DNA of 64,000 nt from Podarcis filfolensis (Eukaryota), in the NCBI GenBank assembly GCA_964270895.1, contig OZ185437.1; one strand, given 5' to 3'. The notes beneath the pieces are model-generated. The model searched no databases, was not told where the DNA came from, and saw only the letters and a list, made by a program, of their open reading frames with translations. This document shows, one piece after another, positions 40,514 through 51,729 of this stretch (position 1 is its first letter; each line of letters opens with the position of its first letter). The translations under genes were made by a program, and so were the position numbers.

Positions 40514-41963
40514 GAGTGTGGGTCATCCCATATCAAGTGATCCAACTTTTTTACCTCATGTCACCCAATTTTCTTAATATTTTATACACTTGTTGAATGA
40601 TCAAAACTAAGTTTAAATATAAAATTTTAGCTTTTTATCTCATCGCGTTTTTTAGTTATGAGGGTTTGAAATATCAAAAAAAATAAATGACAATTTGGCC
40701 TTGTCAGACTACACAAAAAACCTTAAAAGCTCAGCCCAGCATTGAGATACGTCAAAACTAAAAATACCAATCTCTTCAGAACTTCATGGGTTTTAATATA
40801 TGTCACAAGATGAACTTACTTTAAATTTAAAATAAAAGTTGCAAAATTTAAATTTTTAAAAAGTGATAAAAAATTAATATGATTTTAAAAATTCAAAAAA
40901 TGTATTGATTATTTAACATTTCTAAGATCCACCTGCAAAATTTCATCTTGGTATCTCAATGGGATCACATTGGAAAGAAATATTTTGTACATGTCTGCCT
41001 TACTGGGTTCTATTTAGGATAAATGGGTCTTCTTGGAGTAAAATATAAGAGAAGAAACAAGACTTCAAACTATAATATCAGTTACTTCAGGAATTTCTTT
41101 AGAAAGTTATGCAATTAAAAGGTATTTGTAAAGCTAGTCAGCTTTTCTTCTAAAAACATGTTCCAAAGTAGAGTGATAGCTTGCTGTTGCATTATAGAAT
41201 TAACGCTTTGAAATAATTATTGTTAGTACTTCATTTCATGAACATTACAACAAAATACATATCAAACAAAATTATGGAAAAAACCTTACACAATGAAATG
41301 GGTCTGAAAACATTTCTTCTTTCATTTTTTATACTTTACACCAAACAGTTTTCAGCACTTGCTGCATACAACGTTTCATTTTTTGACAAAGTGCAAGTGC
41401 GGCCAGTTGCAGTTCTTGGGCTGACCCTTGTTAGAACTTGTGCTTGCCCTAAGTTAAGTACATCCTGACTAGATGGGTAAACAAATGATGATACTGGGCC
41501 TGGCGGGTGTAAGGAGGTCACAGTTGCTTCTTCACTTTCATAGTCCATAGATCAACCACCATGTTTTATTCCCAGGTCACATACCCAGTTATCTCAGCCA
41601 TATCTAGAGATTTTGTACCTCCTTCAGTGTCAAACTTCTCACTCTCATTGCTAAAGGAGTACACCTCGGTCACAATTCCTGTTGGACTGGGTGTAGATGG
41701 AACAAAGCAATGAAATCCTTGTGTTCCCTTGATTACTTTCACTCTTTCTAAGTGGTGTTTTAGGAACATTTCTTCTTTTCTGTACTCCTCATTTGTTGAG
41801 AATAAGAACTAGATAGAAGGGATGTTATCTTGGCACCAGTTAAAAACCTCCAGCAGTGTCAGTTTTGTTTGATAAGTATTTTGTTGTATTGTTCATGAAA
41901 CGAAGTTTTAACAATAATTCTTTCAAAGCGTTAATTCTATATTGCAACAACAAGCTATCACTC
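40514..41963 (-). mobile_element. Truncated DNA transposon with transposase C-terminal relic (41336-41850); tentatively Sola2-like
   Basis: Minus strand: EVFNWCQDNIPSI*FLFSTNEEYRKEEMFLKHHLERVKVIKGTQGFHCFVP...GYVTWE* / frameshift / LHPPGPVSSFVYPSSQDVLNL...VSPRTATGRTCTLSKNE. AT-rich terminal arm at 40514-41170. Superfamily assignment is from memory. Confidence 0.6.
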
Positions 41964-42385
41964 AATATGCTGACACAATTGACAGGTTTTGACCCATCAG
42001 TGTAGACTTTGGTCACTTCGATTGCTTCATTCATTTTACAGTGGTAATTACCTCAGTCTCTCTTCACCTGTACCATGATTTTGCTTACATTCTTTCTCCC
42101 TGGTTTATTCCCAGCACCTCTGGACTTTATTTCAGTTGCTAGAAGTTTGTGTCTCACATGGTAAACAGTTCACAACAGACTTCAGAGGAAGGCAGTTTTG
42201 ATCTGAAACTCAACTGTCAATTTTTGCAGAGACAGAAAAGAGTGCTCTATAATCATGAGGAATATTCTTTCCAGGATTCTTGGCAGATGGCCAATTTATA
42301 CAGCCACATAATGGCTATCTGTATAAATAAATATTATTGTAAATATTGCATTGATTGTTGTATTGTATTATTGTATTAAGATCTG

Positions 42386-43832
42386 TTCCAAACTGGGTTC
42401 AGGCCTGGCCATGGGACTAAGTCTTCCTTGCAGACTCCTGCTTTGCAGAGAGCAGAACAGAGGGAATGCAACCTTGCTCCTGCTTCCTAAACACTTTATG
42501 GCTTTTGATACCATTCCAGGATTGGCCCTGGAAACTGGAGTCACTGTGTTACAGCGGTTCTGTTCCTACCTCTGAAACAGAGTCCAGAAAGTAGCACTGG
42601 GATAGCGCATTTCAGCCCACTGGAGGTTTTGTCACTGGGTACCACATGACACTATCTTATCTCCAATGATAATTAGTAGCTATATGAAGCCACTGGAAGC
42701 ACTCATTAGGAGTTTTGGAAGAGGGTGGCATCACATAGTTTGAATCTGCAGAACGGAGTGAGTTCCCGTTGCTTTGTCCCAGCTCCTACCAACTTAAGAG
42801 TTCAAAAGCATACCAGCGCGAGTAGCTAAATAGGCACCACTGCAGCGGGAAGGAAAATGGCGTTTCCATGCACTCTGACACTTCTCACAGTGCCCCGTAC
42901 GTGAGAAGCGGTTTAGTCATGCTGGTCACATGACCCAGAAAAGCTGTCTGTGGACAAACGCCGGCTCCCTCGGCCTGAAAGCGGAGATGAGCATCGCATC
43001 CCATTGTTGATTTTGACTGGACTTAACTGTCCATGAGTCCTTTACCTTTACCCTCACCTGATATAACTCAACTCTATTTATCTAACATCTGACTCGGGAG
43101 AAGTGTGCATGTGCAGACAGATGAGAGAAAACAAGCTGAGCTGGAATCCTGGCAGGATGGAGGCAGTGTCAAAGGTATACACAGCAGTTGGTGAAACTGG
43201 CCCCCTCCAGGGGCTTAAGTGCAAGGAAGCCGCAAAAAACCCAGGTGTTGGAGTCCTCCCATCCTCCCATGACACCTGAGGTACCCTGCAACTAAGTTCA
43301 GCACTCCAGACCTGCTTTGCCCATAGAAGGAATCCACTGGGATGTCCAGCAGGAAAAGCTGCTGCTGCTGCAGGAGGGGACATAAAGGGACCCTCAGAAT
43401 GGCTGCCATGAAGGGCAGCATGGGTGCCCTGTCTAGCACTGAAGAGGCATGCTCCTTCTGTCCAGGCAACCTCACCTGCTTCTCAGATTTTTTTCTGGAG
43501 CGGTGAATGTAACTCCTTGCCAAGGGCGCAAGGGGACTCTAGGTACACCTCTGGCCATGGTAAGTGAGTCATTTCCATGTCTGAAAAATTGGCCAATTGC
43601 CTACCCATGATGCGGTAGCACTCCCCTTGAAGGAGAAGACCCGCAGTCTGGGGGTGCTTCGGGATCCCACTTTCTCACTGGAGGTGCAAGTAGCTTCAGT
43701 AGCTAGAAGCACCTTTTACCAGCTTGATTGGTATGGCCATACTTGGACAGGGAAAGCCTGCCCATAGTAGTTCATGCACTGGTTACTTCAAGGTTGGATT
43801 ACTGGAAAGTGCTCTCTGTGGAGCTTCCCTTG
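42386..43832 (+). mobile_element. L2 LINE reverse-transcriptase fragment interrupted by two insertions
   Basis: Decayed motifs in order: FQTGFRPGHGT, AFDTI, VP..LSPM..YMKPL, (Y)ADITQLY, MRENKL..NP, LPLKEKTRSLGV, VHALVTSRLDY. Confidence 0.85.
42736..43052 (+). mobile_element. Sauria SINE (Squam1), 5'-truncated
   Basis: B-box remnant, gtcatgctggtcacatgacc and gccggctccctcggcc cores, (ACCTTT)n tail. Confidence 0.9.
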
Positions 43833-44019
43833 CACTGCAATAAGTACAGAATGCTGTGCAATGATTGCTTACGGAAGTGAAATGCTAACAGTATATAGCA
43901 TCTCTGCTCAGAGATATTCACTGTTGCCCATTTGCTACTGGGCCAATTTCAACTGTTACTATTAGTATATAAAGCCCTTAACAGCTGGGGATCAGTTTAC
44001 TTGTGAGGTCACCTTACGG

Positions 44020-44373
44020 CACGGGTGTCAAACACAAGGCCCGCGGGCTGAATCCGGCCCGCCAGACCTCGTCATGTGGCCCGTGTAGCCGCCGCCGGCC
44101 GCCAGCCTTCACCTTTTATTCTCGCTTCTTTTTTTTTTTTGACACAAGAAAGCCGCCTCTTCAGCGCATGCACGGCAGCCTACAAGCCAGAGAACGTCTG
44201 CCCTCTAGCGGCGCCGGCCGTTCTACACAGGAAACCTCCACTTTACATGCATTCAGGAAACCTCCACTTGTTTTTATATTGAGTGCATATTGAGTCCTAT
44301 AGATACAACCGGCCCTTTGAGGGTGACCAAACTGCTGATGCGGCCCCCGATGAATTTGAGTTTGACACTCCTG
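44020..44373. mobile_element. hAT-Charlie MITE
   Basis: TIR CACGGGTGTCAAAC...GTTTGACACTCCTG; perfect 8-bp TSD CCTTACGG at 44012-44019 and 44374-44381. Confidence 0.92.
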
Positions 44374-44589
44374 CCTTACGGCATGTAAGTCCGCCTGATC
44401 GCTCTGATCTGCAGAACTGTCATTGTTACAGGTGCCACAGAATGTATCTTTCAGTGTGGCAGCACCCACACTTTGGACCTCCCTGCCTATTGACACCAGA
44501 AAGGTGCCTTCATTTTACTCTTTCTAGTGCCCGCTAGAAACGTTTTTGTTTAGGCAAGCCTATCGAGACATGCTGACACGGGTTTTAAT

Positions 44590-45080
44590 TAGTTGGAGGC
44601 AGTAATGCTTCTAAACGACCAGTTGCTGAAAACCACAGCAGGAGAGGCGGCTTTTGGGCTCAAATTCTGCTTGCAGGAGTCCCACAGGATGCTGGACTAA
44701 ATGGGCCATTGGCAGACCCCTCATGTGTCCCTAGTTTCCAGGGACACCCCTGATTTAGAGAAGCCAGTCTGGTTTCTAATTTGATCCTGGAATGTCCCGT
44801 TTCCCTATTTTCTTTGGAGCAATGTTGGAGGGTATGGAGTTATCTGAAGCCATCTGAAGGCAATCCTGTATAAGGAAGGTTCTTTTAATGCTTAATGTTT
44901 TACTGTGCTTTTAGATATGTTGGAAGCTGCCCAGTGTGACTGGGACAATCCAGTAATATGTGTGGGGTATAAATAGTAAAATTATAATTATGGAATGGGA
45001 CGTCCCTATTCTCATCAGAGAAATGTTGGTGGGTATGCATTTGCCTGATCCAGCAGGCTGTTCCTCAATTCTGGTTCTTA
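44590..45080 (+). mobile_element. CR1 3'UTR remnant split by an insertion at 44713-45037
   Basis: acaggatgctggactaaatgggccattgg [insert] cctgatccagcaggctg = CR1 tail. Confidence 0.75.
44713..45037. mobile_element. Composite MITE with internal L2-like tail and duplicated right end
   Basis: Ends CAGACCCCTC...GGTGGGTATG; right-end motif present twice (44803-44836, 45004-45037); flanked by CATTGG/CATTTG. Confidence 0.7.
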
Positions 45081-48000
45081 GCATGTTTTTTTGAAAGTTT
45101 TGAATAGTTGTTTCAAACAGTTTTTAATGATAATTTTGTTATTTTATTCTTTTTGTTAACTGTTTTGATGTTTTGTTACAATCAGGTGGTATATGCATAT
45201 GTGAAATTAAATAAATAAATAGTTGGATTTATTTATTTTTTCCATTACTGGTTTGATGCAGGGGCAAGCTTTTATGAATGGAAGGCCTCTTCTATGAGTA
45301 GATCTATTTCTAAAATGCAGAGGTATGTTTCCATTTGCACAAGAAGCTGCATAACTATGATTCTGTGTCATCTACTAGTTCCTGCACAGCAAGTCCTTCA
45401 TGGCACTGCCAGAATTTCTTCTTGCTAGCGCATCTGTGGATCCAGTCTTAGGTGCTCAGGACCTCTCATCTGAATTCACTATATAATTAAAATTATGATT
45501 TTTATGAATGGATTCTGCAAGTCATAGAAATAAGATTACAATAAATGTGTGTGTACAATGTCCAGTAGTAGTCTTGAGTTTTTGACAGGGAAATGCTTTT
45601 AAAACAAATATCCTAGGACTAGGAACAGGAGAAGGTTTCTTCTTCTAGTGACATCTTGTAATTCTAAAAGCCAGAAAAGTTAGCTATACTACACAAGGGA
45701 AACAGATCAAGGGAAACATTTCCTTTTATGTACCAAGGGCCAAGAAAGACTCATATATGCACAGATAAATGCAAAGAATCATTTTTAAGTGAAATGCATA
45801 CTATCATTTTAAAGAGTCTCTCAGGCTTTATTGTTTTATGGTATTTTAATCTGCCTTTTACATTAGCTGTTTTTTGTGTGTTTGCTTTCGACCATGTGAT
45901 GCCCTGACACCGATCATGTGATCTAGGTTGTGATAGGCATAAATCCCTGGGCAACAACAAAAGAAGAAAGAAGAAAGAGTAAAGAAGAAAAAGCTGAGAA
46001 AAAGCTTGCTATTTGGAAAAAGGCCAATTGTACCCTGACGAAGGCCTTTTTGATCACTGAAATGACAAATGTCTGCAATATTAATAGAAACGGTTATTTT
46101 TGGCCATGGCCTTGGAATTCTTCTACCAACTATATAAAACACTGCAGTTTTACACAATTAAAGGTATTTTAAAATTAAGATTTGAAAGTTGCTTTTTAAA
46201 ATCACCATATGATTACTATGCACACAACCTCTCCCTTCATCAAGGTGTAATAAATCCACACAGCCGTGACATGAATTAAACCTACACGTTATTATTTCTA
46301 AATAAAAACAAATGATATCTTTCTTTGTCAATAATTTTGCATCTACTTTGTAAAACTGGACAAAGCTCAATCGGAGTATGTGCTTTGTTTACAAATTTTC
46401 TCTTTGCAGTCAGTGTAAAAAGCCTGCTAAGATAATTCTGTAAAAATGGTTATGAATGAGAATGTATCCATGCTGCTTGCTGAAGAATCACCACTTACAC
46501 ATATTATTTTAGCAAAGAGCTAACCATGTTTGCAAATGATTCAGTATTTAGATGTAAACCAATTATTGTGAAATCAGTAAAAGATGATCAGATATATAAA
46601 ATACACATCAAATTTAAAATTTGGGATTTCCCTCCTTTTTTCCAATAAAAAATATACATTATGCTATTGTTTTCATTCTTTTCAGAAAGGGAAAAAAAAA
46701 CCCTTTTAAAACTAGTAAGTTGGACCATTACAAATTAATCCTGACTTTAATAACTGGTTAAAGACCCCTTCAGCTCTATAAGTAGAAAAAAAATATTAAA
46801 AGCCTGTGANNNNNNNNNNNNNNNNNNNNNNNNNNNNNNNNNNNNNNNNNNNNNNNNNNNNNNNNNNNNNNNNNNNNNNNNNNNNNNNNNNNNNNNNNNN
46901 NNNNNNNNNNNNNNNNNNNNNNNNNNNNNNNNNNNNNNNNNNNNNNNNNNNNNNNNNNNNNNNNNNNNNNNNNNNNNNNNNNNNNNNNNTTGCTCTAATG
47001 TATGAGGGGGGAAAAGAACAAGATGAACNNNNNNNNNNNNNNNNNNNNNNNNNNNNNNNNNNNNNNNNNNNNNNNNNNNNNNNNNNNNNNNNNNNNNNNN
47101 NNNNNNNNNNNNNNNNNNNNNNNNNNNNNNNNNNNNNNNNNNNNNNNNNNNNNNNNNNNNNNNNNNNNNNNNNNNNNNNNNNNNNNNNNNNNCTTGTTAG
47201 TACAAAAAGAAAAGGAGGTTGTATTCTGGCACAGTTAGGGGGAAAAGGCAGTTTTAGCTTCTGCCACAATACCTAATCTCAGGAATAAGCACTTTACAAT
47301 GTAGCTTAAAATGAAGATTGCCAGTGCTCTGAAAAAGGCCCGAATTCATCTTATCTTGCTTAACCTCACCTGGTTAACTATCTCACAGAAGGCAGTTCCT
47401 CTCTTTAATCATAATTACAGTTATGCCACATCTTCACATTAACCATTTTGGAAATGGTCCTAAAAACAAATCCTTTATGTGAAAAACAACTACATTTGAA
47501 ACGTCTGAAAATATTTTTCCCCAGAAACATTTTGATGTATTTTAAAAAAAGAAAAAGAAAACAGGTGCACATCTTCTAAATATCATTGCCAGGTATCCAG
47601 AAACTAAATATGGAAGTTTCTTATTGTTGCAATTGTTAATGTAATCACTTTTTATTTGAGCAATGCTGATGATTACTTTATTCCTGGTGTATTGAATTCT
47701 ACTTGATATTGAATCACATTTGTTCATGCTCTATGATTTTCATAATAAATGTGGCTTGTAATACTTTACAGTTGGTCCTGAGGAGTAAGGTTTGTTCTTC
47801 CTGTCTGCTAACTTATTTCCTTGCTTTGTTCTCTGGCTTAAATGTTAGCGTCCCATTCTAGTCTTTCACCATTTGACACCCACCATATTACCTCCTTCAT
47901 GATTAGGATATACAGTTAGGAATAATTGTAGGTTTGACACAATTATTCCTTAAGTTATCTGCAAATGTAGAATACTAAATTATTTTGAAAGCTTTTTTCC

Positions 48001-50327
48001 CTACTGAATTCAATTCCAATAAACATTGACAAAAACTAAGTCCCAGTGAACATATGCTGCAAGATCTGATGATGACAACAGACAAGAGCGTATACATCTC
48101 TTCTTCTGATGTCCAGATCAACAAAGCTTTATAAAACATGTCTATTAAATGACACTTACTACTACTTATAAATCAATAATCTGCTATCTAGTTAATCTGA
48201 ATCAGAGAAAACAATCATCAGTCAAATGTGTGTATGTATGTAAACATCCCCACACTATGAACTTTAAAGAAATAGCATTTTCTGTAAAAATTCATAAAAG
48301 AAAACTAAACGGAAAACAAACCATGACACAGTTATAAAAATATAATAAATCAACAACTAAACAATGAATTTTTAAGACTTTTAGGCTGCTATAGATACTT
48401 CAAGCATGGATTGAGCTGGGCTGACTGTGGTGCCGATGAAAACAGGACAGACTATGCAAGCAGGGAAGGAAGTGCGGTAGCAATTAGAAATACTCCTACG
48501 AGTAGTTGCTTCGAGAAAAGCAGCAACATGTAGAGACAAGACTGGTTCTCTGTATAAATGGATGAACTCAGTAACTCGTCTACACATTATGTGGTCATAA
48601 ATCTGTCAAGACAAGCCGGGGAATGAGAATAACATTTAAAAATATCTTTTAAATCTAAATGTATTTAACAGTTTTGCCTAAATGAATTACAACCTTCAGA
48701 AGGTAACTAATAAAAGGTTTCTAAGAGTGTCCAAAAAAACCTCCAGCACACACAGCATGGCAAGAAATAACAGGTTTATGGCAGTCACTTTGATTGCAGC
48801 CTTAAGCAGTGATTGTTTTAACATTTTTATTTGCATTGCATGTTCTAAATGTAATGGTAAGAAAAGAGCCTGTTTAAGTCATAGGCTTGGGTCTTAAGGT
48901 GCTCGTGTGCAAACTGAAGTCGCTTTCTCTCGTGCAAGGCTATTCTCCCATTTCAGCCGGTCTGTTCTTCCCGCAGCAGCCCTGGGCCACTTGCCATCCT
49001 TGCCTGGATGGCCCCACCCATAAAAATTATTTTTAGGCAGGAGGGAGGCAAAGTGGGAATGGAGAGGGAAGGAGGATGCAGGAAAGCCCCATTCTCTTTT
49101 CTATGGGCTGAATGGATGTTAGGTCCCAGACTGCATATTATTCTGCCCATTTTATAATACTACAGCAGAGAAGCATAGTTTTCCAAAGTGAAAATATTAA
49201 CGTTTGCAATGTTACTATAGGTGGGGAGGATGTTAGTATTCACATGTGAACACTGACTATGGCAGATGAATGTCATGAATGTAAATATAGTGAATGCTGA
49301 AAACAACAACAACAATAATAACAGACTGTTAGCATGTATCCCAAAATTTTTGGAAATTTACAAAATTTATCAGGGATTGTCAGTGTTTACATGTGAATTA
49401 AACATTCACCAACTTTTGAACACTCATTGTAGCAAATACACTACTATTTAGGAATTTATTTATCTTAAAATCTTTAGCTAATCAAGTGGACTTGTAATGA
49501 AGTGTCATTCAGCATAATTGTGCCAGAAGTTATTTGGAAATAATTGAGAAGAGATCTGATACCTCAACTTCTAAAAGTAAAACCCCCTTATATACCATTG
49601 GCAATGGTAGGGAAACTCTGGCCCATAGGCAAAAATCTGGCCTCCCAGACCTCCCCATTTGGTCCGTGCGGCAATTTCAGGCAAGTCACACCCACCTGTC
49701 CAGGCACATGACCATCTGTTTGTTCTTCATTCCTTTGTAGCCACAGCTTGAATTTGGCACCTTTTCCTATTGTGCTGCTTTTGGAGGATATCAGATACAC
49801 TTGAGAGCTCTTGGTGTATCTAATGCCTGCCAAACACAGAGCAACAGGGAAAGGAGCCAAATTCAAACAGTGGGTACAAAGGGAGCAAACTTCGTTATAG
49901 CCTTTCTTCTGTAGTTGCAGTTTTACTCTTCCTGTACCTGATATTATATGACATCAGGTGATGGCCAGGTGGACGTGGCTTGCCACTGTTGCCATGCTCA
50001 CTTCTGCCTTTGCACCCACCCATCTCTGGGATGTGGCCCATGCAAGGTTGGTCACATTCCAGTCTGACCCTTGAGCCGAATGCGGTTCCTGATCCCTGGT
50101 TCACCAGCAAATTAACTGTTACACTAGAATAGCTCCAGCAGAGCCATACAAGGCTGTTGACACCTTTTTAAAGGAATGATTCGCATAGGAAGGCAAGAAA
50201 TATGAAATACTACAAAAGCAAATACAAAAGCATCTAATGAATTGTCTGGAGAAGGAATTGGGAATTACTTGATTACTTAAAAAGTTAATGCTGTCCTATA
50301 CATATTTAAGCACTCTGATCAGACACA

Positions 50328-50571
50328 GAAGAAGAAGAGTTTGGATTTGATATCCCACCTTTCACTCCCTTTAAGGAGTCTCAAAGCAGCTAACATTCTC
50401 CTTTCCCTTCCTCCCCCACAACAAACACTCTGTGAGGTGAGTGGGGCTGAGAGACTTCAGAGAAGTGTGACTGGCCCAAGGTCACCCAGCAGCTGCAGGT
50501 GGAGGAGCGGGGAAGCGAACCCGGTTCCCCAGATTACGAGACCACCGCTCTTAATCACTACACCACACTGG
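50328..50571 (-). mobile_element. Squam3-type tRNA-derived SINE, full length
   Basis: Minus strand: A box TGGTGTAGTGA, B box GGTTCGCTTCC, L2-like body, (CTT)n tail. Confidence 0.88.
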
Positions 50572-51491
50572 AGCAACATACCATTTTTTTTTTTCTAAGA
50601 AAACTTCCTAGAAACCACAGGGATTTAGATCCAGAATGATCAATAAAGAGTTTGGGTATAAGTCTATGCACAATACTCTTAGGGGGTTGAAATGTTCCTC
50701 CACTGTTTTTTGATTATTACCATTTTTGATGACAGATTTGTCTACATTTTGGGATGGGGGCACATAGACTGGTCTGTTTGCTCTAGATAGAATGCAGATG
50801 AGTGTTGCTGACAGATGGTGGTGTCATGAGTCCTGTGGAAATGTCGGGGGAGGGGAGTTGGTGTGATGCTGAAGGAGGGAGGAGCTTGAAGAGAGGGTCC
50901 TAGTGGGCTGGGGGAGAAAAATTGGGACCCCAATAACAGTCTGACCTAGATGAGTGGGCCTAGTGGGCTGTCAGAAAAGTGCTACACCTCTGTGTCATTT
51001 AATATCCCAAGCCCTGTGGTACCTGCTGTGCAGCTGCCTCTAGTGCCCCCCCCCCTGCTAGTAAAGGGCCTTCCCCTTCTGGGGAGGTCTGATGCTGAAC
51101 CAGCTCTGACCCCACCCCTGTCTCCAAGGGCTTGTGTCAGCATGAACAAAGCTCACATAGCCAGTCTCTACAGAGGAAAAGGAGAGTACGGGGGGGTGGG
51201 GTGGGGTGTCAAGTGTTGGCTCAATGTCTTCGCTACACCTAGCCATGCCTTGCTAGGTTCTGCCATGTATTACCTATTTATAACCTGTAAACCCATGTTG
51301 GGATGCTGCTGTGCTTTTTTCAATAAAGCTTTCAAAAATTCAAATCACTGTAACACTTCAAGTTCTGAGTCAGATGAGGAGAGCCAGGCCAGACAGCATA
51401 TATCACACTGAAAGATGAGTATAGCCCTATAGATGCATTTACCGATAGTGATTCCAGAGAGTTTCCCATATCTGCTTTGGCAACAATGCTA

Positions 51492-51729
51492 CAGGACCTC
51501 AGTTTAAGAACAGCCCTGTTTACAAACTATTTGGTATAAGAACTCCGCAAAACCGGAAGTAGTGTTCCAGTTAGTGAACTTTACCTCGGTCTATGAACGG
51601 AAGCCGAACAGTGGAAGGGCACTGGCGGCAGGAGGCCTCATTAGGGAAAGCGCTCCTCGGTTTAAGAACGGCTTTGGTTTAAAAACAGACTTCCGGAATG
51701 GATTAAGTTCATAAACCAATGTACCACTG
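51492..51729. mobile_element. Tc1/mariner-pogo (Tigger-like) MITE
   Basis: TA|CAG(TG)GACCTC...GTACCACTG|TA, with a degenerate left end. Confidence 0.75.
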
